From the NCBI GenBank assembly GCA_022813865.1, contig JALDZX010000011.1:372001-436000 (forward strand): a DNA stretch of 64,000 bases, given 5' to 3'. The stretch comes from Xylographa opegraphella. Taxonomy: Eukaryota. This document shows, in pieces, positions 49,054-60,523 of this stretch (positions within the stretch are counted from its first letter, which is position 1; each line of letters starts with the position of its first letter). The notes under the pieces are model-generated. The model worked only from the letters and a program-made list of their open reading frames with translations. It did not search any database and was not told where the DNA came from. The position numbers and the translations under genes are program-made.

Positions 49054-52000
49054 ATGTTCGCACACTGTCATGGTTCTCTTTGGAACCAGGACGACTTTAG
49101 TAGATGTTTCGAACAAGAGTCCGTCCTATCCGTGCGATACCGTGGTAAACATTGCTGACTCTGGACTCAGTTATCTTCAGACCCTCTTTCCTCTCTTAGC
49201 ATGCAGTCTCTCTCTTCTACATATCACTATTCGACTAGTTCAGTACGCGGCCACGTCACAGCCAAAGAAAGGCTACATAGCTCTTAGTGACGGGGGACGG
49301 CCCTCCGATATCCCCAAAGATGTTATTGAGAACGATGATGAGGCAGACGAAGCTACTTGCATTGATGAGGAAGCCGAGGATGGACATCTTACTCTCAGGA
49401 AGACAATAAGCACAACTGGCTCTGTGGTCGAGATCAGTCGCCCTCGCGGCGCATTGCTTCTGGTGATAGCGGAGATACTCGCCTTGTTGGGAGAAGTCGG
49501 CATCAGTCTTACAGTTCTTATAACCCATACTGGGGGCCACCCTGCGCGAGTCGCCACAATATCTAGATTGTGTGTCTGGGTCTACATTCTTGTGCTCACA
49601 TGCTTGAGGTTACTGCTGCCCAACTTGAGGCGCAATCCACTGCCGAAGCTGTGGAATCATACAGCCAGTCTCTACTCTTTTCAATGGTTATGTACAGTCA
49701 TTCTCTTCCGCACGTCACTGATTCACCCACAATCCCGACACGGACAGGACCTCACAATCACTGACTTCGCCCTCGCTTCGATTCTTGCGATCATTGCGAT
49801 CACTGCCCGGAAAGGGAACCGTACTGTTGTGCTGAAGTACGAAGAGAAACTCGAGCCGTCCCACGAGCCTTTAGCGAGTTTACTATCGATCGCTACCTTC
49901 AGTTGGGTGGACGCGATTGTGTGGAAAGGCTATATCAAGACTTTAGAGCTTTCGGATGTGTGGAATCTTCTCCCAAAGGACAAAGCTGCCAACGTAGTTG
50001 CCGAATTCAGACAAATCAAGAAAACCTCTAAACTTGCCTGGCGTCTATTACGGCATTTCAAGCGCTATCTTCTGCTCCAACAACTATGGACTTTGCTCTC
50101 TATTCTCCTGACTTTTGCCCCTACGCTGCTTCTTAAGGCTATCTTGGAATATATTGAGCAACCTGAAAGTACAACGCCGGCCACCGCTTGGCTTTGGGTT
50201 ACGCTACTAGCGGTCGCCGGAATCGTTGGTGGTATTGCTGATGGACAAGGACTGTGGATAGGACGGAAGATATGTATACGGTTGCGAGCTATAATGGTGG
50301 CTGAAATTTATGCAAAGACTCTCCGACGGCGTGCAGCTATTGGGGCCGATAAGGACCTTGCGGAGAATAAATCCAAATCGAATGAGGACGTCGTTACCAA
50401 AGGCGGAGCCTTAGCTAGACTGCGATCTCTTTTCCGAACAAAAAAGGCCCTGAAGGACGATACAGGAGCCGTAAAGGAGGTCAGCAACGGCACACAAGTC
50501 AATTCTGGCACAATCATTAATCTTATGTCCGTGGACTCCTTCAAGGTCAGCGAGATCAGTGCGTACTTCCACTTTCTCTTCCCTTCGGTGCCTGTACAAT
50601 TGGTCGTCGTGATTATCCTTCTTTATAAAATTTTAGGATGGAGTTCCATCGCAGGTATTGGTGTGATGTTTTTGTTAATGCCGCTTAATCTCTTCTTTGC
50701 TCGACAATTCTCCTCCTCGCAAAAACGTATTATGGCGGGCACAGACGGGCGTATCCACACGACCAACGAAGTCTTACAAAACATTCGCATCATCAAATAC
50801 TTCTCGTGGGAGCTTCGCTTTGCTCGAGACGTGGATGACAAGCGCAGAGTTGAACTCAAGGCTTTGCGCTACAAGTACATAATATGGACCTTTGCAGGTA
50901 CTGTGTGGTCTGGTGCGCCGGTTCTAATTACTGGGTTCTCTTTCCTTCTGTATACTGCGGTGGAAAAGAAACAGCTTGTACCATCCATAGCGTTCACAGC
51001 GCTGTCACTCTTCGGCCTCCTTCGATTTCCTTTGGATCGATTAGCGGATATGACGGCGCGTATTCTCGAGTCTAAGGTCTCCGTTGATCGAATCGAGGCT
51101 TATCTGAATGAGGAGGAGACAGGAAAATACACACAACTGTCTGAATCGACTGAAGAGGGCCATCTCTGCACCAATGTTGGATTTGACAATGCGACATTCA
51201 CTTGGGCAAGCAAGGACGATTACTCTAGATCTGGTAACACCGCCTTCCGAATGATAAACATCGATGTAAAATTCCACATTGGCGCCTTGAATGTCATAGC
51301 CGGACCGACTGGATCGGGGAAGACGAGTTTACTTATGGCATTATTGGGAGAGATGACGCTCTTAATTGGGGCTGTCCACTTACCTGGTGGTAGCCGGGAA
51401 GATTTGAAAGCAGATCCGGCCACTGGTTTGACTGAGAGTGTTGCTTACTGTGCCCAGCAAGCATGGCTTGTGAATGACACCATCAAGCAGAACATCTTGT
51501 TCGCTTCGCCATATGACGAGGACCGATATAATAGTGTAATCGATGCATGCGCTCTCAGAAGAGACCTGGAAGTCCTCGACTCTGGAGATGCGACGCTTGT
51601 TGGAGAAAAGGGTATTGTTGTTTCGGGTGGACAAAAGCAGAGAATCAGCTTGGCCAGAGCTTTATATTGCAATTCGAAACACGTTTTGCTCGACGATTGT
51701 CTGTCTGCCGTGGATTCGCACACCGCCCAGCACATCTTCGACAATGCGATTTTAGGACCCCTGATGATGTATCGAACTTGTATACTGGTCACTCATAACA
51801 TTGCATTATGTGCAGCTCGATCACGGTTTATTGTTGTCTTGGCTAATGGTAAGATTGCTGCTCAAGGGCATCCCCAGGAGGTAATGAGTTCGGGAGCCCT
51901 TGGAGAAGACGCTTCGCGCCCAGCTTCTAAGAGTGGAACACGGCCGCCGTCAAGATCAGATTCGAAAGCCAATCTGGAGTCGGGAGTGTCAGATGGCACC

Positions 52001-54273
52001 AATGCTGAACACTCCAATGTGAAATCAAACGGCAACGCCAATGGCTCAGCTAAGAAATGCAAAGCGAAACCTTTAGCGGACGAGATTGATGAGAGTGCAA
52101 ATGCCAGAACCGAGGGCAAAGCCGAGGGAGCAGTACACTGGCGCGTAATTCAGTTGTACTTTACCTCGATGGGGTCTTCCATTTATTGGATTTTCATGGT
52201 TCTCATGTTCGCCATAGAGCCCGTCTCGCAGATGTCGACGAATTTGTGGATCAGACAGTGGTCGAACTCGTACAGTACCAGTGGCGCCCATGTCATGGAA
52301 GATTTGGGACCACTTAATAGCACTTACGATCATAATACATGGGAAATGGTCCCTCTGGATTACTTTAGAATAGGAATCTCGAAATGGAATGTCCTGTCGT
52401 CTCCGGCACGATCTGCTGAATGGCATGCTTCAACAACTCCGTCGGAGGTTGATATAGGCTATTACCTTGGAGTTTATGCGTTACTGGGCATTATTTATGT
52501 TATGATCTGCATTTTCAGGCTAAGTATCCTCTTCTATGGTTCTCTTAGCGCATCACGATCGATTCACACACGTCTACTCAACGCTGTTCTACGGGCGAAA
52601 TTCAAGTTCTTTGACATCACTCCCCTAGGACAGATCCTGAACAGGTTTTCCAAGGATTTACAGGCAATTGATCAAGAAGTCGCTGCGGTAGCTGCAGGTG
52701 TCGTGCAGGGCGTGCTCAATATTGTGGCCATTGTGATATTGATTTCTATCATTACTCCAGGATTCCTAATTGCCGGCCTCCTCCTAAGTGGTATATACTT
52801 TTGCATCGGGATGTTCTACGTCAAATCTTCACGTGATCTGAAGAGACTTGAATCTGTACAACGGAGTCCACTCTACCAGCAGTTCGGTGAAACTTTAAGT
52901 GGGATAATTACGATCCGGGCTTACGGGGACGAGCGGCGATTTGTGAGAGACAACTTCATACGTATCAACACGCACAACAGACCGTTTATCTATCTATGGG
53001 CTGCAAATAGGTGGCTGGCATTGCGGATTGATTGGGCTGGAGGTGAGCATTTGATTTGGGCCCCCTTGTAATCCCACTGACGATATTAGCATTCGTGGCA
53101 TTTTTTGCTGGAGCGTTCGTGGTTGCCAATGTTGGCAAGATAGATGCTGGAGCAGCCGGACTATCGTTGACCTATGCTTTGACATTCAACGAGAGTATCC
53201 TCTGGCTAGTACGTTTATATGCAGACAATGAGCAGAACATGAATCACGTCGAACGGGTCAAACAATACCTAGAACTCGAGCAAGAAGCCGAGGCGATAGT
53301 ACCAGACAACAGACCACCGGGCAATTGGCCAAGCAAAGGGAAAGTTGAGTTCGTCAATTACAGCACACGCTACAGATCTGACCTAGACCAAGTTTTGAAA
53401 AGATTGAATATCAAGATGGAGGCAGAAGAGAAGATTGGTATCGTTGGTAGGACGGGCGCCGGCAAAAGTTCGCTAGCCATGGCACTTTTTCGAGGCTTGG
53501 AAGCCGATGAAGGGAAGATATTGATTGACGATATCGACATCGGATCGATTGGGCTGCAAGATCTCCGGGAGAACATCACGATTGTCCCCCAAGACCCGAC
53601 CTTGTTCACCGGTACGATTCGCAGCAATCTGGATCCATTCGGACTTTTCACCGACGAAGAGATCTTCACAGCGCTTCGCCGAGTCCACCTCATTGGGTCT
53701 ACAGTATCATCTACAACCACGGCCACATCCTCTATGCCAGTCCCACCGGACGTCCCCTCCACTACTTCTTCATCGACCGGGCTGGCGCCACCGTCCATCA
53801 GCCACAACGACGCCGGCGACGATCTCACTCAAGTCACCACCAACACCCGCGAAAACAGCAACATCTTCGTCAACCTCGCCTCCAGCGTCGCCGAATCTGG
53901 CTCCAACCTCTCGCAAGGGCAGCGCCAACTCCTCTGCCTCGCGCGCGCGCTCCTCAAATCGCCCCGGGTGCTTCTCATGGACGAAGCAACGGCTTCGATC
54001 GACTACGCTACCGACGCCAAGATCCAAGACACCCTGCGCGAGCTCAGGGGCAGCACTATCATCACCATCGCGCATCGCTTGCAGACGATCGTCGACTACG
54101 ACAAGGTGCTCGTGCTCGACAAGGGCGAGGTGGTCGAGTACGATGCGCCGTGGGAGCTGTTGAAGATGGAGGGGGGGATTTTTAAGGGTATGTGTGAGAT
54201 GAGTGGCGATTTTGAGACACTGCTGGAGGGGGCGAGGAGGGCGGGTCAGAAGAAGTTGTTGGTTGATGTGTAG
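49054..54273 (+). CDS. ABCC/MRP transporter, Ybt1/Bat1-like vacuolar bile-acid permease (3 exons)
   Basis: TMD0 begins MFAHCHGSLWNQDDFSRCFEQ|DYLQ. NBD1 has GPTGSGKT and VSGGQKQR. NBD2 has GRTGAGKS, LSQGQRQL and DEAT. Confidence 0.95.
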
Positions 54274-54944
54274 GGGTCTGTGGGCTGTGGTGGGGGCACG
54301 TGGATGGGAAATCCGGTTGGGATAGGCGACGTGGGGAGAGAATTTGCATCGTGTATAGACTGGATCAGGGATTTTGGGTAACTTTATCGAGAGGCAGAGG
54401 GGCGGTGGATGGGTGTTGTTTGCGCCAAGGGAGCTTTTTGTACGGAAAGAAGCGGAAGAGCGCCCGCTATAGATGTGTTTTCTGGGAGCATGGGCGCCGT
54501 GGAGATATATGCAATTGGGGAATTCTGCCTCGTCGTTCTGTGCTTGTGGCGAAGAGATTTCTTCATAGAGTTAGCGCTGTTGGGAGCTTTGCTTGTATAG
54601 CTAGCTACCTTTTCATCGAAAAGGGTTTACAATCTTATTGGTTAATAAGGGCTATCACTTTGCCTTCTTTATGAGCCTTTGATGGCTCTCTCTGTAGGAG
54701 AAAGAGGCGGCGGTTCTCGTGATGGGGATCCTTCGTAGGGCGGGTTGAGGTGATGAGCGCTCTAGAGGGGTTTCGCAGGAATACTTTTGGGGGAGGGGGG
54801 TGTGAGGTGGGCTCTCTCTGAAAGAACTCGGTAGTCGCAGACGTGCATTGGCGGAAGTGAACACAGCCGAGCCTCTGGGGGCTTGGAAACGGAACGACGC
54901 TGTGGTGGTTTCTCGGTCAAGTGGAATGATACCTGGGCAGAGAC

Positions 54945-55064
54945 GGGGGATGAAAAGGGGGATGAAAAGGGGGATGAAAAGGGGGATGAAAAGGGGGATG
55001 AAAAGGGGGATGAAAAGGGGGATGAAAAGGGGGATGAAAAGGGGGATGAAAAGGGGGATGAAAA
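54945..55064. repeat. Perfect 12-bp minisatellite (GGGGGATGAAAA) x10
   Basis: Directly visible. Confidence 0.98.
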
Positions 55065-55340
55065 GGGGTGGGGAGTGTAGTTTTAGATATAGCTGCTAGG
55101 GCAGGTGTTGGATGGTATGAGTACCACTATAAATCTTCGGGTCAAACATATTGTATTATTGGTAAAGGTAAATCTAAGTATATGTAACTGTTTGTTACCT
55201 GCATGACCCAAGCGCCAAGCGCCCAGCTTTCCAACAGTAACAAACCGTTTGAAAGCAAATTTCCTTGCTGGGTATCTTTTTTCACCTTTCAAAGGAAAGA
55301 GCCCGATTTGAGATCAAGATTTTCAACTATCTCACACGCC

Positions 55341-56248
55341 TCATGGATATCGTTCCTAAAGTAAGGTGATCTTAGCAAAGATTGTTCGGAAATTGGAAAT
55401 TAAGCGCTAATGGGGCACAAACCTCTGACCGTCGTATATCATGATATACCACCGAGGCGTCGTTATTGTCCGCTGAGTTGTACGCATCTCGGGCAGCACT
55501 GTTATGCTTTCTGTAATGTTCCCGGGACACTCGTCCAATATGGTCATGATTGAATTTGGTGCGGACGTCTCCGTGGCTATTGCAAGGGTCGTTAGCGCCA
55601 AATGCATGATTGATAAATCGATGAGCCTGCCGATGGGACTTACAAGCGAGCATCACTGGCAGCAGTGGATGCCATATTGTAAAGCCTTTCGTGGTCGTCA
55701 GGGTAATGAAATTTTCCCGCAGTTATCCCATATGCCTGCCCATCCCAAGAACTCTTTGCTGGGGCTGCAAGATCAATTCTTGCCTTGCGGTATACCGAGT
55801 TCGATATCCCTGCGGCTGCGTCGACAGCTTTGTAGATTTTATATTGATTGTACATGGGCGAGCCGGGAGGGTAGTTGTTTGCTCTATCATAGCCTGAGTC
55901 GTCGGCCCTGGGTGCGCTGGCAGTACTGGCGTCGTCCGGGAATTCTCCGTACGGATTTGGTTCGTAGCCTTTGAAATATCGCTTAGACCGCTCCCGCGGA
56001 AGCGAACGCGGTGGGTAAGAGCCGTAGTCCTGATTGGTGTACCGAGGGTCCGATCTCCCTCCGCTAGGAGGGGGATAAGGCTCTTGCACGGAGCTGTACG
56101 ATCCACTTCGGCTGGAAGCGTAAGAAGGCGCGGTCCTGTAGGAGACCTCGCTCGATGAAGCTATCGTGCTGAAATAATAGGCTCTATCGTCCTGATATCC
56201 TGATGGCGGTTGGCCTGGGTACTGAGGAACGGCATATGCGACAGGCAT
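55341..56248 (-). CDS. Hypothetical Tyr/Ser/Pro-rich protein (3 exons)
   Basis: A 202-aa first ORF is spliced through a GTAAGT..GCTAAC..TAG intron to HGDVRTKFNHD..., then through a second intron to ERYP*. Confidence 0.65.
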
Positions 56249-56936
56249 TTCTTGTGAATGGGACAGATGAAAGAGTAGAGTAATTATCAGTATCCGGAAT
56301 ACAGATTGCTATGGCGGTATCTTGAAAATATTTGAATAGAGTCTTGCTGCAAGGAAAAAAACCTAGGGCACACTCGCTTTTGTAGACATTTTAGACCGCC
56401 TGACACTTATCGAATAGACCTACAGTTTACTACGATAAACGCGGTACTCGTGCTCATGGGATGATTGACGCCGAGACTTAGACGCTTTCGAAGCTGGAAC
56501 TATATGAAGCGCTTCTCGTCCTTGTAGTGAGTTGGGAATGGTGATTCCGCTTCCAATCCCATTTGAGAACATGGTTTGAGCGAGACAAAGTCCGCTTTTT
56601 AAGCCGTGGCGCTGGGACGAGGAGAAAGATCTCATCACTAAATCTTATTATATCAAACCTCAACGACCGACTTTGTGCTTCCTAGCGAGGGACGATAGGT
56701 TGTGAGAAGAAGTAAAGCTCTCAGATCGTCTACTGTTTCATCCAATGACGCGAAACAGTAGGGTTGCGCCTAGGTCCTAGGATAAACGCGCGCGCTCAAC
56801 CGCCGACGCTACTTAGGACTAGTCTATCCTAGCCGCAGACGAAACACTAGTGGATTTATAGCAGTTTGAGGGATAAGAAGCCATTGATCGTACCGAAGAT
56901 ACACTCAAGGTACATCCGTCTCCCTTGGTCGCAAGA

Positions 56937-58368
56937 ATGAAGGAACATATCCCGAAGCTTCACTCGCTTGTCAAAAGCTTTCCCCTTGAACTTACCCAAC
57001 TTATCCTTTGTGCACTACCCGACGCTGTCACACTTAGAGCCCTCGTGCTCAGCCATTCATCCTTCTATCGTGCTTTCGTTGCCGGAAGACACCTGATTAC
57101 TTTGCAAGTTCTACTGAATCAGATCTCGCCGGATCTGCTACCCGATGCTCTTGCAGTCTTGAAATCTTCTCGCCTAAAGCCATGGAGCAGAGAGAGTATA
57201 ACGGAGTTCCTGACCTCTTACCACGGAAAACGGTTTTCTCCCTCACCTGCATGGACTATCTCGGATGCCGTCCCTGTTAGTATGCTTCACGATGACATTT
57301 CCTTTTTCATGGCGGATTTTGTCTCCATGGCTCTCGCCGTGCATCCGGTCACTGGTGTACCTGATGTTTTTCCTTCACCGTTAACATCCCGTGAGGAGTT
57401 TCGCATCAGTCAAGCATTTTATCGTTTCGAGCTCTACTGTAATCTGTTCCGAGAACGTGGGTGGAAAGACGATCGTTTCAGACCTGAGGAACAACAAGCT
57501 ATATTTTTCGATCAGTACTCGCCTTGGGAAAACGAGCAACTGGCCTGCGTCCACGACTATCTCTATCGGCGTATGGTTGCCGGTCTGTTCTTACTCTCTC
57601 AGATACTTGATCACGGCTTGACTGACTACCTAGTGTACAATGAATTCGCCGCACATGATATTGAATGGGGAGAGTATCAAGTGAAGTATGGGATATATGA
57701 TTGGCATGCGCCAGAAAATGCCTGGAAGCAAGGTACAGTAAGTTCTGACCACTTATGCCACGCTGTTCGCATATACAGTTCGAGCTGACTCGCTTCGGCA
57801 GCTATCTTTGGGATTGAATTACCTACGCCGGCTTGTTACAGCGAAGACTTATGAAGAGCGTTATCAGTTGTTGGCCCATAACCATCGTAGCGACCATTAT
57901 TTCCTTCACGAAGGTTTAGTGGCATCAAATGGAGATGACGAGGAGGACGACGCCATTGAACTCTGCCAATATGGTAGCGAAGATGAGCGCCGCTATATTC
58001 ACTCTCCATTTCTGAACGATGCTGACCCGGGCCCTGCCAAAGCGTGGCGATGGGCACACGAGCACGTATCGCGCGGTAGCTTTGTGCAATATGAAAGCCA
58101 CAGGGAGCTTCGTGAACGGGGCTATGTGATGTGGGATTTGGCACGACTGGAACAATGGAATCTCTTTGAGCAAGCTTGGAGAAGTGGTATGGAACCAAGA
58201 ATTGATTTTGTCGAGGAATACCGGGCCATGGTAAGGTCGTTCGACGCGAGATCAGAAATATACCAGCGGGGTGGGAGGGGCTGGTGGAGTGAAGGTGACG
58301 AGAGCAAAATCGTGTGGAAGAAGCAGGAGCCGCACCGCCCGCGCGTACATGTGATCAATTGGCCTTAA
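56937..58368 (+). CDS. Hypothetical protein with F-box-like N-terminus (3 exons)
   Basis: FPLEL..LIL..LPD..TLRALV, FYRFELYCNLF, PWENEQLACVHDYL, LRERGYVMWD and IYQRGGRGWW motifs of an expanded fungal family. Confidence 0.75.
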
Positions 58369-60523
58369 CGGTCTGAGCTTCATTACAGCACGGCCGCGCA
58401 ATAGACTAGGAGATTTCGAGGAAGATGAAGAGTGCCGGCATTGCGATTCGTGCAAAAGTTTTGGACCACCGGTTTTACGGTGCAACTGTCCCCATGTTTC
58501 TGTTCGAATCGGAATCTCTATGGAAGGAGATCTGCCCTTGGTTCTCAGTCCTACAAAGTCTACTTCATGCCGATTTAAGCTGGAGCTTGGTTCATTGTCC
58601 GAGCATTATCTCGGACGAACTCCTGATGATGCGGTACGTGGCGCATGGAAGTCGCAGTGCAGCTGGTTGGCCTGCGTCAGACGGATGTATTGATAGCACC
58701 AACATGACGAGGGATGCGAATTGCTTCCCGAAGATCCGGTGATGGCTGAGATGGACGTCGGTCGAACGGACGGAAGCTGTACCTCGGACACGAAACCTCG
58801 TGCTCTTTGCCAGACTTGGTTACGAAAACGACATCAAGAAATTATGGCACATTCCATCCTCGTCGTGAATCGTTATTTGAGCCTGGGAACCACATTCAGC
58901 AGCCAATGTCTTTCCTGGTTGGCTTAGGCTTCTCTTCCATCTCTAGTACCTCTTCCCAGTGGAGCCTTTGAGTCCTCACACTTGCCTGCTAGGCATTTGG
59001 AATGGCAACCGTATTTGAGCAATGGCAGTTCGCTCCCTTGATAGCAGACGTTCGCCGCCAACTTGTCCCTCACTCCAGCGACCTGCCTTGTCCAGGAGTG
59101 TCCTGGGAAGAATACGCACGAGTGCACGTGAATGTTAGGAGACATGGCCCTTTTGTCATGAAAAGAATCGGGGTGAGATAGACTGCACTAGCGTAAAGCA
59201 TAGGACTTGCATCAACGATGGGCTTGAATTATGGGGAAATGGCTTTGTGCCAGGAACCTTCACGAAGCTAGTTTCCTCCAAATGCTTGACGCTCTTTGTT
59301 ACAACACGAGAATGAGTAAATTTTTACTGTATGAAAATGCCAATTCTTCGTGAAAGCCAAAGGAAATGGAGGATGATCTTTAACTGGTAAGGACGCTCTT
59401 CACAAAGCAGCAACTTGTCAGCATGTCACTATTTGGCCTCACTTATGTTATATCACTAAGCTGAATGCTGATACGAAATAAACGTTGTTCTGTAGTTAAT
59501 GTTACAAACGATCTATCACTATCGGCTGGAAGTCCCCGTGTTTGACGACGTTGTGCGCAAAACAAGAGCTGAAAAGAAGAATATATTGCTACACCTAGAA
59601 TAGTACACTGCCTTCGTTTACACCCATCAAGATTGGCGGTAAAACCTAGAGCTGTATCATACAATCATTCGTAGCCCGACCACTGGTGTCGATCGGTAAT
59701 GCTTTCGTTTGCGTAATTTCGAATGTCTTTTACAGATAAAGCCGCTGCCAATCAATATCCGATTATGTTTCATTCCGGACCCCATAATCGCCATGCATAT
59801 ATCCAGAGTGTTGCCGTGTGGGTCGAATGCTCCTGCTCGGGCCAATCTCCTGTGCCTGCACCTTCAACTGTTGCTGGTGCTTTGACTCGTATAAACTTTG
59901 TCTCGTGCTTACCCACATTACAGGGGCTTTGAAGCAAGCCTTTGACTCTGATCGATCAATGATATGAATGTTGTTGAACATAGTCCAATACCACGAATTC
60001 GCTTCCATGAATACTGGATCGCAATGTTGTCAGTACTGCTTCAGAGTATGTAGTATAGCGGCTCCCGCTTGGTGAGAATGGATCCATCGCCGTCCGGATT
60101 GTAAGTATTGTAGAGAATCGTCATAATCATACAGGAAGATATCTTTAGTGAAAAACTCCTTTCAGTCACGCTCATGTCGAATCCTCCCTTGTGGTATCGT
60201 GGCTGAGTATGTGCGGCTGGATCTATCAGCAAATCCTTAAGCCTCGATTAGTCGGTACATCGACGATATTACCGGTACAATCTTCTGCATTACACGTTGC
60301 TGGGTAGTGTGGTGTACCGAACGTTGAAGAACCGGTGTGGAAGCTTGGAGATAAGAAGGCATGAGTTTGATGAAGCGGCAGATAATAAGTAGCCATTGAT
60401 CTTATATGTTCAGAAGCTCAAAACTGTTCTCGACCTTTCACACTTCCCTCATGACAATATGTACGTCGAATCTGACCTCTTTCTCCCTGCACAACTTCGA
60501 AGGTAACGGTGATCACGCCGATT

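Noticed and set aside
46472..54273. Secondary-metabolite cluster (methyltransferase + ABC transporter)
   Set aside because: No PKS, NRPS, terpene synthase or tailoring genes nearby, and the Ybt1-like ABC is a housekeeping type.
54848..55099. ORFs with (RGMK)n and (GDEK)n repeats; CRISPR-like array
   Set aside because: These are translations of a stop-free minisatellite. There are no unique spacers and the context is eukaryotic.
58400..60400. Possible gene remnant in a 2-kb spacer
   Set aside because: Only short stop-interrupted fragments that I cannot assign.
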